The notes under the pieces were generated by a model. That model was not told where the DNA came from. It did no database searches and was given only the letters and a program-made list of their open reading frames with translations. The position numbers and the translations under genes were made by a program. This document shows, in pieces, positions 1-10,489 of a stretch of 64,000 bases of DNA. Source of the DNA: Trueperaceae bacterium (GTDB lineage Bacteria > Deinococcota > Deinococci > Deinococcales > Trueperaceae); NCBI GenBank assembly GCA_965214405.1, contig OZ243956.1:1024001-1088000 (forward strand), given 5' to 3'. Position 1 is the stretch's first letter. Each line of letters begins with the position of its first letter.

Positions 1-1
1 T

Positions 2-145
2 AAAGCGCTCATCAAGCCTCAGAACGAAGCCTCCGTCAAGCTCTTCACGCGCAGCCATTTCGAGGCGCAACACGTGACCTATAGCAAATCCTTGGTGAAA
101 CGTCACAGCGGAGACAACCGAGAGAGGGCCAACCGTGGACGCTGA
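2..145 (+). CDS. C-terminal end of a GNAT acetyltransferase (PseH-like), gene starts before the window
   Basis: Frame 2 reads KALIKPQNEASVKLFTRSHF...*, containing the GNAT N-x-A-S-x-K-L-F motif; overlaps the start of the Pse synthase gene. Confidence 0.6.
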   Translation, partial: KALIKPQNEASVKLFTRSHFEAQHVTYSKSLVKRHSGDNRERANRGR

Positions 146-1193
146 CACCATCACCATCGGGCCGCGCGCCGTCGGCCCCGCGCATCCGCCTTTTATCATC
201 GCCGAGATGTCGGGCAACCACAACCAATCCTTAGAGCGGGCTTTAGAAATCGTTGAGGCCGCCGCCGCAACGGGCGCGCACGCGCTCAAAATGCAGACCT
301 ACACCGCCGACACCATGACGCTTAACGTTGACAAACCGGGTTTCCGCATCGAAGACCCCAAAAGCCTCTGGTATGACCGCTCGCTTTATGAGCTTTACGA
401 GGAGGCGCACACGCCTTGGGCCTGGCACGAACCGCTCTTTGCGCGTTGCCTCGAGCTGGGCATCATCCCCTTTAGCACCCCTTTCGACGCGTCGGCGGTG
501 GACTTTTTGGAGGGCTTGGATGCGCCCGCATACAAAATTGCCTCTTTCGAAAACATCGACCTGCCGCTCATCCGTAAAGTTGCCGCCACGGGCAAACCCC
601 TCATCTTCTCGACGGGCATGGCGACGCCCGCCGAACTCGACGAGGCGGTGAGAGCGGCTCGAGAGAATGGATGCAACGACCTTATCCTCCTCAAATGCAC
701 CAGCACTTACCCGGCCACGCCCGAAAACACCAACATCTCGACCATCCCCCACATGCGCGACCTCTTCGGCGTCCAGGTGGGGCTGTCGGATCACACCCTG
801 GGCGTCGGGGTGGCGGTGGCGAGCGTGGCGTTGGGCGCGACGGTGATTGAGAAACACTTCACCCTCAGCCGCGCCGACGGCGGGGTAGACGCGGCGTTTT
901 CGTTGGAGCCCGCCGAGATGGCCTCTTTGGTCGCCGAAACCGAGCGCGCCTGGCGGAGTTTGGGACGCGTCCAGTACGGCCCGACCGAAAAGGAGAAAGC
1001 CTCGCTCGCTTTTAGGCGCTCTCTCTACGTCACCCAAGATATGAAAGCGGGTGAGGCGTTAACAGGGGAAAACATGAGAGCTATCCGGCCCGGTCACGGC
1101 CTGCCGCCAAAGTTTTATGACACGCTTTTGGGTAAGAGAGTCAGCAAGGACGTGGCGAAGGGTACACCTGTTTCTTGGGACCTGGTGGGTTAG
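135..1193 (+). CDS. pseI: Pseudaminic acid synthase (NeuB family, C-terminal SAF domain)
   Basis: IAEMSGNHNQS, KIASFE, LLKCTSTYPA, GLSDHT, IEKHFTL and RRSLY motifs. Confidence 0.9.
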   Translation: MDADTITIGPRAVGPAHPPFIIAEMSGNHNQSLERALEIVEAAAATGAHALKMQTYTADTMTLNVDKPGFRIEDPKSLWYDRSLYELYEEAHTPWAWHEPLFARCLELGIIPFSTPFDASAVDFLEGLDAPAYKIASFENIDLPLIRKVAATGKPLIFSTGMATPAELDEAVRAARENGCNDLILLKCTSTYPATPENTNISTIPHMRDLFGVQVGLSDHTLGVGVAVASVALGATVIEKHFTLSRADGGVDAAFSLEPAEMASLVAETERAWRSLGRVQYGPTEKEKASLAFRRSLYVTQDMKAGEALTGENMRAIRPGHGLPPKFYDTLLGKRVSKDVAKGTPVSWDLVG

Positions 1194-1250
1194 ACTCAGG
1201 GCTGTGCAGAAGATGCCCTCAACGTCTCAGCCAAACTTTGTAGAGCGCCT

Positions 1251-2534
1251 ATGACCAGCGGAGCCGTTATCCGCCTTTTTACCAAGGCGCGGCGCAACCC
1301 GCTCTTCCGCGAGTTTTTGCTCTTCGCGGTCTCTACAGTGCTGCTCCAGGCGTCGCGCTTTGGGGTCAACCTCTTTGCTGCCAAGCGTCTGGGACCCGAA
1401 ACGTTCGGCTTCTGGTACGTGCTCAACTTGGCGCTGGCCTACGGCGGGCTCGCGCATTTGGGCGTTATTAACGCGATGAACCGCGACGTGCCGGTGTTTA
1501 GGGGCAAAGGAGACGCCGCCAAAGTCCGCCTCATCCAATCGGTGAGCGTGGGCGTGCTCCTCATCAGCACGGTTGTCGCCGGGATCGTGATGGTGGTGAG
1601 CTTGGCGTTTTTGGAGCACATCCCCCGCGCGCCCCTGGCCGCGCTCATCGCGCTCTTCGTCGTGACGCAGCCCTACTTTTTTTTGCAGGTTTATCTAAAA
1701 TCCGACGGTCAGTTTGAACGCTTGAGCTTTCAGCAACTCCTCTTGGCCCTGCTTTTTCCCGTAGGCGTGGTGCCCTTAACAATTGGGTACGGACTGAGCG
1801 GGTTTATCGTGGGTCAGGCGCTCGTTACGCTCCTCATTTCGCTTTTTATCTTGCGCACCTGGACCTTTCATTTGCGGCCCGCGTTCGACCTAAAAGAAAC
1901 CTTGCGCCTCATCCGCGTAGGTCTGCCGATTATGCTCGTGGGGCTTATGTACACGCTGCTCACCACCGCCGACAGGTGGATTATTACCGCCTTTTTGGAC
2001 GTGACACGACTTGGGTACTACTCTCTAGCCATCATGGTCTTGGGCGTCTTGAGCCTCATCCCGCTGGTGATTGCTCAGCAGATGTACCCCCGCATGGCCG
2101 AGGCCTGGGGCCACACGAACGACGCTGGGGACGTGCTGCGCTGGGCGCTGCGCCAGACGGGCATGGCGGTGGCCTTTACCGCGCCGCTCATCCTCGTGCT
2201 CTACTTCGCCGCGCCGCCCCTCATCAAAACTTTTCTGCCCGCTTATGTAGAGGGCGTCGTGCCCGTGAAAATTATCCTCTTCGGCCCCCTCTTTCTGGCC
2301 CTTTCCGGCGGCTTTGCGAACCTGCTCAACACGCTCGATAAACAGGTCTACTACTTAGGCGTTCAGGCCGCCGCGCTACTCATTAATGTCGGGCTCAACA
2401 TCATGTTCGTGCGGGCCGGGTTGGGCATCAGCGGCGTGGCGCTCGGTACCACGCTTACCTACGCGCTTTACGGGCTGGCGCTGGTGGCGGTGAGCCTTTG
2501 GCTCGTGCGCAGTCCTAACAAAGCGGGAGCGTAA
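1251..2534 (+). CDS. Wzx/MATE-like oligosaccharide flippase
   Basis: About 12 hydrophobic segments; LGPETFG, ADRWII and LGYYSLA motifs; located in glycan locus. Confidence 0.8.
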   Translation: MTSGAVIRLFTKARRNPLFREFLLFAVSTVLLQASRFGVNLFAAKRLGPETFGFWYVLNLALAYGGLAHLGVINAMNRDVPVFRGKGDAAKVRLIQSVSVGVLLISTVVAGIVMVVSLAFLEHIPRAPLAALIALFVVTQPYFFLQVYLKSDGQFERLSFQQLLLALLFPVGVVPLTIGYGLSGFIVGQALVTLLISLFILRTWTFHLRPAFDLKETLRLIRVGLPIMLVGLMYTLLTTADRWIITAFLDVTRLGYYSLAIMVLGVLSLIPLVIAQQMYPRMAEAWGHTNDAGDVLRWALRQTGMAVAFTAPLILVLYFAAPPLIKTFLPAYVEGVVPVKIILFGPLFLALSGGFANLLNTLDKQVYYLGVQAAALLINVGLNIMFVRAGLGISGVALGTTLTYALYGLALVAVSLWLVRSPNKAGA

Positions 2535-2535
2535 C

Positions 2536-3741
2536 GTGCTCGAGATCTTCTCCTACCTCAAAACCCGCGGCGAGCGCGGCGAAAGCGCCATAGAAAAGTC
2601 TTATGTAGAGCAGCTCGAGCATTTTGCGAACCAGTACCGGAGGTTCGGAAGGGGGTTCCGCCTTCTGAAGTCGCTTGGCACCTTTCGCCAAGGACCTATT
2701 GATTTACTCTTTTTGGGCGTTAGGTTCTCGAGCCTCATCTTATCCACGATTCCAAAATATAAAGTGGGCGTCGTGGCGCAGGGCCAGCGCGACTTGCTGT
2801 GGTGTCTGCGGCACCGGGTTACGCCCGTGCCCGCGTGGGCGTGGCGCGCGAAGTTGCACGAAGCTTATGAGGCCGCGCGCGGGGCGGGTGATGCAGAGGA
2901 GCTTTTGGAAACGATAGTCGCGGATATTGCGGCGGTATTGGCGACTTTGAAGCCTCGAGCCCTCATCTTAGAGAACGACTCGCTCTTTGTAGAACGCGCG
3001 TTTATTCTGGCGGCGCGGCGACTGGGCATCCAAAGCGTGACCATCCAGGACGGCATCTTTCAAAAGGCGGCCCCGCCTCACGTCTTACACGGGCATTTCA
3101 CGGATACCATGCTGGTATGGGGAGATTTTTTTAAGCAAATGTATATGGATAAGAACATCCTTCCCGAGGAGCGCGTTCACGTTCTTGGTTACCCCTATCC
3201 TCTTGAACCCCAAAATGGTGAGCTAAAGGAAAACCTCACCGTGTGCTTTTTGGGTCAACCCTGGGAAAGCCTCGACGAGGCACTGCGCGGTCCCAAAGCC
3301 GCCGTGACGCGTAACGTGATAGAGGCGTGCCGTGCTGTAGACTTGCCTCTGGTTTACAGGCCCCATCCGCTGGAACGCCGCCACGGCCTCCCGGAAACTC
3401 CCGGTTTGAACGTGACCGACGTAGGGGAGGAGCTTTTTAAGGCTCTGGCAAAGTACAATATCTTCTTTTCCATCAATTCCACCGCGCTCGTCGAGGCGGC
3501 GCTTAGGGGCAGGGTGGCGGCGCAGATTTTGGAGGCGCGTTTTCCTTCGGATGATTTCGAGGCGCTGGGGGTCTGTTATTCGCTCGAGAACAGCGCGGAC
3601 GCCATTCAAAAGTTTTTGTGTGAGATGAAAGAGAAGCCCGTTCCGTTCCCGCTAAACTCCGGCTATATCGACCTGACCGAGAATCCTGGTGCGAGGCTCC
3701 ATGAACTCCTCTCCACACTCCCTTACGATGCGAAGCGCTAG
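2536..3741 (+). CDS. Putative GT-B glycosyltransferase, possible nonulosonate transferase
   Basis: IQDG, LVWG, YRPHP and NSTALVEAAL motifs; follows pseI and flippase. Confidence 0.5.
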   Translation: MLEIFSYLKTRGERGESAIEKSYVEQLEHFANQYRRFGRGFRLLKSLGTFRQGPIDLLFLGVRFSSLILSTIPKYKVGVVAQGQRDLLWCLRHRVTPVPAWAWRAKLHEAYEAARGAGDAEELLETIVADIAAVLATLKPRALILENDSLFVERAFILAARRLGIQSVTIQDGIFQKAAPPHVLHGHFTDTMLVWGDFFKQMYMDKNILPEERVHVLGYPYPLEPQNGELKENLTVCFLGQPWESLDEALRGPKAAVTRNVIEACRAVDLPLVYRPHPLERRHGLPETPGLNVTDVGEELFKALAKYNIFFSINSTALVEAALRGRVAAQILEARFPSDDFEALGVCYSLENSADAIQKFLCEMKEKPVPFPLNSGYIDLTENPGARLHELLSTLPYDAKR

Positions 3742-3827
3742 CGCGGGCACCCTTTTGATCTCAAGCATAACTGGATGCTCGAGCCGCTTCACCACAAACT
3801 TAGGGTATCCAAAAACAGAAAGGGAGA

Positions 3828-4562
3828 ATGATGATTAGCCCCCACGCGGTTGTCGAGACGGGCGACATAGGGAAAAACGTAACCATTAGAGAGTTCGCCG
3901 TGGTTAGGGCGGGGGTCGTTTTGGGCGACGACGTGGTGATTCATCCGCACGTGGTGCTCGAGCCGGGCACGGTCATCCAGAACGGCGTGGAGATTTTTCC
4001 GGGTGCCTATATCGGCAAAGAGCCCAAAGGCGCGGGGGCTTTGGCGAGAACGCCCGTGTTCGACAGAAGGGTCGTGATAGGTGCAAATTCGTCCATCGGA
4101 CCGCACGCCGTCATCTACTATGACGTTGACATCGGGGAGAACACGCTTGTCGGCGACGGCGCTTCGGTCCGTGAGCAGTGTCGCATAGGAACGCGGACGG
4201 TGATTGGCCGTCACGTGACCCTCAACTACCAGACGCGTGTGGGCGACCGGGTCAAGATTATGGACCACGCCTGGCTGGCAGGCAACATGACGGTCGGCGA
4301 CGACGTGTTCATCTCCGGCGGGGTGTTGACCGCGAACGACAACAAACTCGGGCGAGAGGGGTACAGTGACCACATTGTCGGCCCGACGCTAAAAAACGGT
4401 GCGGCCATCGGCGTTGGTGCCATACTGCTACCGGGAACGGTGATAGAAGAAAACGGCGTGGTCGGAGCCGGGGCCGTCGTGACTAAGAATGTGCAGGCAA
4501 GCACCGTGGTTATGGGCGTACCCGCGCGGTCAGCAAAGAAGGTGAACAGTGGGACTGAGTGA
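3828..4562 (+). CDS. Hexapeptide-repeat N-acyltransferase (FdtC/QdtC-like)
   Basis: Left-handed beta-helix repeats; TANDN; GAGAVVTKNV...VVMGVPAR. Confidence 0.8.
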   Translation: MMISPHAVVETGDIGKNVTIREFAVVRAGVVLGDDVVIHPHVVLEPGTVIQNGVEIFPGAYIGKEPKGAGALARTPVFDRRVVIGANSSIGPHAVIYYDVDIGENTLVGDGASVREQCRIGTRTVIGRHVTLNYQTRVGDRVKIMDHAWLAGNMTVGDDVFISGGVLTANDNKLGREGYSDHIVGPTLKNGAAIGVGAILLPGTVIEENGVVGAGAVVTKNVQASTVVMGVPARSAKKVNSGTE

Positions 4563-4959
4563 TGTGCAACTTGTAAAACTCCCGAAGGTCGTCGACCCAA
4601 GAGGTAACCTGACCTTTATCGAAGGGGAACATCACATTCCCTTTTTGATTCAAAGGGTTTTTTATCTTTATGACGTACCCGGCGGGGAAAGCAGGGCGGG
4701 TCATGCGAACAAAGACGAACACTTCATCATCGCCGCGTCCGGGAGTTTCAACGTCGTTTTGGACGATGGAACCTCGAAAGCAACCTATTTTCTCAACCGT
4801 TCTTATTATGGTCTATACGTTCCTTCCTTGGTATGGCGAGAGTTAGCCGACTTTTCTTCAGGCTCCGTCTGCTTGGTGTTCTCCTCAAAGAAGTACGACC
4901 CTACCGACTATTACCGAGACTATGCGGAATTTTTGAAAGCGGTCGGGGTGACGCCGTGA
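4549..4959 (+). CDS. fdtA: dTDP-4-keto-6-deoxyhexose 3,4-ketoisomerase (FdtA/QdtA cupin)
   Basis: [20 protein letters not shown] and YYRDY motifs. Confidence 0.85.
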   Translation: MGLSDVQLVKLPKVVDPRGNLTFIEGEHHIPFLIQRVFYLYDVPGGESRAGHANKDEHFIIAASGSFNVVLDDGTSKATYFLNRSYYGLYVPSLVWRELADFSSGSVCLVFSSKKYDPTDYYRDYAEFLKAVGVTP

Positions 4960-6074
4960 AGGTGCCTTTTCTCGAGCTCAAGCCCACCTACCTAGAACTC
5001 AAAGACGACCTCGACGCGGCGGTCGCGCGCGTGCTGGACAGCGGTTGGTATCTGCTGGGTGAAGAAATCACCGCTTTTGAACGCGAATTCGCCGCCTACA
5101 CCGAAACCGAGCACTGCGTGGGCGTCGGCAACGGTCTGGAAGCGCTCCACCTGAGCCTGCGCGCCCAGGGCGTCGGGCCGGGTGACGAGGTCATCGTGCC
5201 GAGCAACACTTACGTCGCCACCTGGCTGGCGGTGAGTTACGCGGGCGCGACGCCCGTTCCCGTCGAGCCCTGTGAGGCAACGTATAATTTGGACCCGGAG
5301 GGGCTCGAGCGCGCCCTCACCGCGCGCACCAAAGCCGTCCTCCCCGTTCACCTTTACGGTCAACCCGCCGACATGGACCCCATTATGAGCTTTGCCGAGC
5401 AGCACGGGTTGTTCGTGTTAGAAGACGCCGCCCAAGCGCACGGCGCGCGCTATAAAGGGCGACCTGTCGGCAGTTTGGGTCACGCCGCGGCCTGGAGCTT
5501 TTATCCGGGTAAAAACTTAGGCGCGTTCGGCGATGCGGGCGCGGTCACCACGAACGACGCTGAGCTGGCCGAAAAGCTCCGCAGCCTCCGCAATTACGGC
5601 TCTAAAGTCAAATATATAAACGAGGTCAAGGGCTTCAACAGCCGCATGGACGAACTTCAAGCCGCCGTTTTGCGCGTCAAGCTGCGGCATTTGGACACGT
5701 GGAACGCGCGGCGCAAAGGCTTGGCTGATTTGTACTTAAAAGGTTTACAGGTCACTGACCTGACCCTTCCTTATGTGCCTGACTGGGCCAAGCCCGTCTG
5801 GCACTTGTTCGTGGTGCGCAGTCCAAACCGAGATGCGTTGCAGCAAGCGCTTAAAGAGAGAGGTATCGGCACGCTCATTCACTATCCCCTTCCGCCGCAT
5901 CTGCAAGAGGCTTACGCGGAGCTTAAGTTTAACGAGGGTGACTTTCCCGTCGCTGAAGCCGTCCACCGCGAGGTGCTGAGTTTACCTATCGGGCCGCAGC
6001 TCGAGCCAGAAGCCGCCCGCTATGTTGTCAAAAGTGTTGTCGAAGCCCTCCAAACCCTCCGACCGCTCGTTTAA
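4956..6074 (+). CDS. DegT/DnrJ/EryC1/StrS aminotransferase (FdtB/QdtB-like)
   Basis: [30 protein letters not shown] and NSRMDE motifs; GTG start at 4956 overlaps the upstream TGA. Confidence 0.9.
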   Translation: MKVPFLELKPTYLELKDDLDAAVARVLDSGWYLLGEEITAFEREFAAYTETEHCVGVGNGLEALHLSLRAQGVGPGDEVIVPSNTYVATWLAVSYAGATPVPVEPCEATYNLDPEGLERALTARTKAVLPVHLYGQPADMDPIMSFAEQHGLFVLEDAAQAHGARYKGRPVGSLGHAAAWSFYPGKNLGAFGDAGAVTTNDAELAEKLRSLRNYGSKVKYINEVKGFNSRMDELQAAVLRVKLRHLDTWNARRKGLADLYLKGLQVTDLTLPYVPDWAKPVWHLFVVRSPNRDALQQALKERGIGTLIHYPLPPHLQEAYAELKFNEGDFPVAEAVHREVLSLPIGPQLEPEAARYVVKSVVEALQTLRPLV

Positions 6075-6084
6075 GTAGCCGGAC

Positions 6085-7557
6085 TTGCGCGCGATTCTCA
6101 AAGCCTCGGCCATCATGGGCGCAAGTTCGGTCGTCACGATAGCGCTCTCCATCGTGAGGCAAAAGTTTATCGCCGTGACGTTAGGCGCTGAGGGTGTGGG
6201 TCTGTTGGGGCTGCTGGTCACCGGGCTCACCCTGGCCGTCACCCTTTTTAGCGTCGGCCTAGCGAGCAGCGGCGTGCGCTACATTGCCAAAGCAAAAGAG
6301 GGAAGTGAGGCGGAGTTCTTGCATACCCGCAGCGCGCTCGTGTACGGGTCGCAACTTTTTGGCCTGCTCGGCGGCGCGCTGTTCGTCCTCTTCCGGGCGC
6401 CTTTGGCGGCGTTTATCCTTCACGACCCTACCAAGGCATCCTGGGTGGTGTGGCTCGGTGTGGCGCTGTGGGCGGCGGTCGCCTCGGGCGGGCAACTCGC
6501 GGTTATCAACGGTTTGCGCCGCATCGGCGACCTCGCCAAGGCCAACGTGTGGGGCGCGGCCTTGGGTACGGGCGCGGCCCTCGTCACCATCACGCTGTCG
6601 GGTGAGACTGGGTTGGTGGCGGCCATCGTCGCCCCGCCCTTGGCGACTTGGTTAGCCGCTTGGTGGCTTTCTAAAAACATACCTACAGCGCCGCTGGGAG
6701 CGTACCGCGCGCTGTGGCGGCCCCTACGCCGCATGGTGAGCCTCGGCGTCGTGTTTTCGGCGAGTTTGGTGCTGTCGGGCGTTGCGCAGTTCGCCTCGAG
6801 GCTCATCGTCCAGCGCGCGTTGGGGCTGGAGTCCGTGGGCTACTTTCAAGCCGCCTGGTCGGTGTCCAACGTTTACCTAAGTTTCGTGCTTACCGCCCTC
6901 GCCGCCGAATATTACCCGCGCATCAGCGCCCTGTCCGACGATAAAGCGCGCCTCAACAACGCTGTTGACACGCAAATAACCGTTGCGCTGCTCTTGGCCG
7001 GACCCGTCATTCTGGGGATGATCTTGTTTGCGCCCTGGGCCGTCACGCTGCTCTACTCGGACGCGTTTGGCGCGACCGTGGCTGTGTTGCGCTGGCAGCT
7101 CGTCGGCGACGTGCTAAAGGTGGCGGCTTGGGCGGTGGCGTTTTTGCTACTCGCCAGGGAAGCGCGCTGGCCGTATTTTGTTTCGGAACTCCTCTGGAGC
7201 GCGCTCTACGTCGCGGCGCTCTTTTTCCTCGTCCCTACTTACGGCCTTCCTGCGGCAGGGCTGCTGTACGCGCTCTGCTACGCGCTCTACCTGGGGCTGG
7301 TTGTCATGTGGGCGGGGCGCGCAACCGGCTTTAGGATGAGCGGGAACGTTTTGCGGCTTCTCGGGGTGACGCTGGGCTCGAGCATTCTCGTCACCTTCTT
7401 GGCCGCCACCGGCGTAGGGTCGCCAGGCTGGTTCATGGCTTTAGCCGTGACGCTTCTAACAAGCGCCTATTGCCTCTTTCGGCTTCAGCGCGAAACCGGC
7501 CTCGACGTGTCCGCGCTGCTGTCTAAAGTCAGTCGCCGCCGCACGCCTCAAAGCTGA
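6085..7557 (+). CDS. O-antigen translocase (Wzx, WzxE-like)
   Basis: Multi-TM protein; LGAEGVG, VGYFQAAW, YYPRIS and QLVGDVLK motifs. Confidence 0.85.
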   Translation: MRAILKASAIMGASSVVTIALSIVRQKFIAVTLGAEGVGLLGLLVTGLTLAVTLFSVGLASSGVRYIAKAKEGSEAEFLHTRSALVYGSQLFGLLGGALFVLFRAPLAAFILHDPTKASWVVWLGVALWAAVASGGQLAVINGLRRIGDLAKANVWGAALGTGAALVTITLSGETGLVAAIVAPPLATWLAAWWLSKNIPTAPLGAYRALWRPLRRMVSLGVVFSASLVLSGVAQFASRLIVQRALGLESVGYFQAAWSVSNVYLSFVLTALAAEYYPRISALSDDKARLNNAVDTQITVALLLAGPVILGMILFAPWAVTLLYSDAFGATVAVLRWQLVGDVLKVAAWAVAFLLLAREARWPYFVSELLWSALYVAALFFLVPTYGLPAAGLLYALCYALYLGLVVMWAGRATGFRMSGNVLRLLGVTLGSSILVTFLAATGVGSPGWFMALAVTLLTSAYCLFRLQRETGLDVSALLSKVSRRRTPQS

Positions 7558-7584
7558 TAGACTGTCAAGAGGTACACTGAACCC

Positions 7585-8532
7585 ATGCTGAAAGTTTCCG
7601 TCGCCATTATTACCTATAACCAACGCGACCTTATCCCCGAAACGTTGCAGAGCGTGTTGACGCAAGATTACGATGATTTTGAGATCGTTGTGGCAGACGA
7701 CGGCTCCACAGACGGCAGCCAAGAATTGTTATTGGACTACCAACGCCGCCATCCAAATATCATCAAACTCGTTCTCTCGGAGCAAAACCAGGGTATTACC
7801 AAAAACTGCAACAAGGCTTTTTTTGCTTGTACGGGCGAATATATAGCGTGGCTCGGCGGCGACGACCTTTTTTATCCCGGCAAGTTAAAAGCGCAAGTCG
7901 CGGCTATGGAAGCGAACCGAGACTGTCCTCTTTGCCACCACGCGCTAAGAATGTTCGACTCCGACAGCGGCAAAACCTTAGCCATCATCGCCGCCAATCA
8001 CCCTCCCAAGAGGTCGCTTCAAGAGGTGTTGTGGGCGGGCCTGCGGATCGCCGCGTCATCCGTGATGGTGCGCCGCGCGTGCTGTCCTGCAGACGGATTT
8101 GATGAAACTATTCCAGTCGCTAGCGATTCTCTTTTTTGGCTCGAGACCTTGTATCACGGCCCCGCGCTCCACATCGGCGGCGTGTACGGCGGCTACCGTA
8201 AACACGCCGACAACGTAACCAACAAGTCACACATCGGCGATATGGAAAAGACGTACGCGAAAGTTCGCGCCGCCAAACCGGAGTTGGTGCGCTACGTCGA
8301 CCGGGCGCTGGCTATCAATTATTACGACGAGGGTGTCAAGCAGCTTCTAAGCTTGAACGACAGGACGGCGGCGCAAAAGAATTTCCGTAAGGCTCTCCTG
8401 ACCAGCCCGGGTTTAGTCACCGCCGCGCCTTGGCTACTCCTGACGCATCTAGGAGACAAAAACATCGCCGCGTTAAGGCGTCTCAGCAGGCGTCTCAAAC
8501 GCTCTAGAGGCCAGACGTATGCCGAAAGTTAG
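7585..8532 (+). CDS. Glycosyltransferase family 2
   Basis: IITYNQ, VADDGSTD, GGDD motifs. Confidence 0.9.
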   Translation: MLKVSVAIITYNQRDLIPETLQSVLTQDYDDFEIVVADDGSTDGSQELLLDYQRRHPNIIKLVLSEQNQGITKNCNKAFFACTGEYIAWLGGDDLFYPGKLKAQVAAMEANRDCPLCHHALRMFDSDSGKTLAIIAANHPPKRSLQEVLWAGLRIAASSVMVRRACCPADGFDETIPVASDSLFWLETLYHGPALHIGGVYGGYRKHADNVTNKSHIGDMEKTYAKVRAAKPELVRYVDRALAINYYDEGVKQLLSLNDRTAAQKNFRKALLTSPGLVTAAPWLLLTHLGDKNIAALRRLSRRLKRSRGQTYAES

Positions 8533-9418
8533 CGTCGTACTGCCGACGTACAACCGGCTGGGCACCTTGGAGCGCGCGCTCGCGTCGGTGCTCGAGCAAA
8601 GCTACACGGATTTTGAAGTCATCGTTGTCGACGACTGCTCTACGGACGCTACCAGGGCTTACATCGAGGGGCTATCCGACGTCCGCGTCCGCTACTTTCG
8701 CCATGACGTCAATAGGGGTGCCTCGGCGGCCAGAAACACGGGCATAAAGGTTGCGCGAGGGTGCTACATAGGTTTTCAGGATAGTGACGACGTGTGGCTG
8801 CCCGACAAGTTGCGCGACCAACTCGAGTGTCTCGAGCGGAATCTATCTTTGGACATCGTTTTTACCAGTTTTGTCAAGCGCCACCCTGCGCGCGAACTCG
8901 TGATTCCGCCCGAAAGTGTAGCTAGCGCCGACATCGCAATCCGGCTTGCTCTCGGCAACTTCATCGGCACGCCCACAGTCGTTGCGCGGCGCTCTGTTTT
9001 GCTAAAGGGTGGCGGATTCGACACCAGTTTATGCAATCACGAAGATTGGGATTTGTGGCTCACCCTGGCGAGCGGTGGCGCTCAATTTTATCACTTGTCA
9101 GAGGTGCTTCTCGTTTCACCTCACTCCCCCGGCGGCGTCAGCGATGCCCAAGCTGTGCAGCTAGCCGAGGCATTCGAGCACATTTATCTCAAACACCAGG
9201 CTTTGTTTGAAACAGCCAAGGCCGCCGCAAGTATGAACTACCTGATCGGCAAGCTCTACAGCTTAGGCAAGCCCGGCAACCAACTGCGGGGGCGGACCTT
9301 TTTACGTCGCGCGTCGGCGCGGGCACCTTTCAACCCTAAGTACGCGCTATTTTTTTTGCTGAGCTTAGTAAATCACGATCTACCCAGACGTGTCAGCCGC
9401 CTCAGAGGGGAAAAATGA
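8519..9418 (+). CDS. Glycosyltransferase family 2
   Basis: LPTYNR, VDDCSTD, ARNTGI, QDSDD, EDWDL motifs. Confidence 0.9.
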   Translation: MPKVSVVLPTYNRLGTLERALASVLEQSYTDFEVIVVDDCSTDATRAYIEGLSDVRVRYFRHDVNRGASAARNTGIKVARGCYIGFQDSDDVWLPDKLRDQLECLERNLSLDIVFTSFVKRHPARELVIPPESVASADIAIRLALGNFIGTPTVVARRSVLLKGGGFDTSLCNHEDWDLWLTLASGGAQFYHLSEVLLVSPHSPGGVSDAQAVQLAEAFEHIYLKHQALFETAKAAASMNYLIGKLYSLGKPGNQLRGRTFLRRASARAPFNPKYALFFLLSLVNHDLPRRVSRLRGEK

Positions 9419-10488
9419 CTATTTCAAAGCGACAGGCTGCGCTCTCGTCAACTATGACACCATCAATAAATATAGCTGTGTCACCCCTACCCAAAGTGAC
9501 CATCATGATTCCGACCTACAATCAAGCCCGCGTGCTGCCGAGGGCGATCGAAAGTGCGCTGGCGCAAAGCCATCCCAACTTAGAGGTGGTCGTCGCGGAC
9601 GACGCCTCGACCGATGACACGGCGACAGTTATCTCACGCTACTGCCACGACGCGCGTCTAAAATACGTTTGCAACGAGCACAACCTGGGTAGGGTCGCCA
9701 ACTACCGAAGGTCACTTTACGAGCACGCCACGGGTGCCTGGACGCTCAACTTAGACGGCGACGACTATTTAACGGACACGGCTTTCATAAGTCAATCGCT
9801 AATCCAGCTTGCGAAGAACAAAGACGTGGTCCTCGTGGTTGGGGGCCAGCGCTTCTTGGAGCCGAACGGTCGCTACCGTGACCTCACGCCCACGTCTAAA
9901 GCCTACGAAGTTGTGTGCGGCGAAGCATTTTTTCTGAGCTGGAACAGGTCGACGTTTACCGTTCCCCACCTCGGCTCGCTATATAAACGAGAGGTGGCGC
10001 TTGAGCTTGGCTTTTATCAACAAGATATTCTTAGCTCCGATTGGGAATCGCTCCGGCGACTCATCTTGCAAGGCGAGGTGCTGCTGGTCGGCCGCGTGGT
10101 GGGAGTTTGGGTCGGACATGAGGAGAACACCTCGAAAAGCCTAAACTTGCAAGCGCATATCGACAATCTAAGAAGCATCACCGAACCGTACCGTTACGCT
10201 CTAAAGAGAGGTGTGGGCAAGCCCCGTTTACAAAAGTGGAGACTTCATGCACTTGCTGAGTATGCTGAAACCTACGTCAGTTTGTCGATAGGAACACGAA
10301 ATATAGGAAACGCCCGAAGATTTTTAGCCTACCTTAGACAGGTCTATCCGGACGCCTATCCTACGGCAGTAAGAAGAATCGCCTTCAACCCGAAGATCGT
10401 CGGCAAGCTTGTGCTGCTTTTGGGCAACCAAAGCCTGACTGACCGCGTGGAGACAGCGTGGCGCAGCCTAACCCGCAAAGGAGGCTAA
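9415..10488 (+). CDS. Glycosyltransferase family 2
   Basis: IPTYNQ, ADDASTD, LDGDD motifs. Confidence 0.9.
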   Translation: MTISKRQAALSSTMTPSINIAVSPLPKVTIMIPTYNQARVLPRAIESALAQSHPNLEVVVADDASTDDTATVISRYCHDARLKYVCNEHNLGRVANYRRSLYEHATGAWTLNLDGDDYLTDTAFISQSLIQLAKNKDVVLVVGGQRFLEPNGRYRDLTPTSKAYEVVCGEAFFLSWNRSTFTVPHLGSLYKREVALELGFYQQDILSSDWESLRRLILQGEVLLVGRVVGVWVGHEENTSKSLNLQAHIDNLRSITEPYRYALKRGVGKPRLQKWRLHALAEYAETYVSLSIGTRNIGNARRFLAYLRQVYPDAYPTAVRRIAFNPKIVGKLVLLLGNQSLTDRVETAWRSLTRKGG

Positions 10489-10489
10489 G

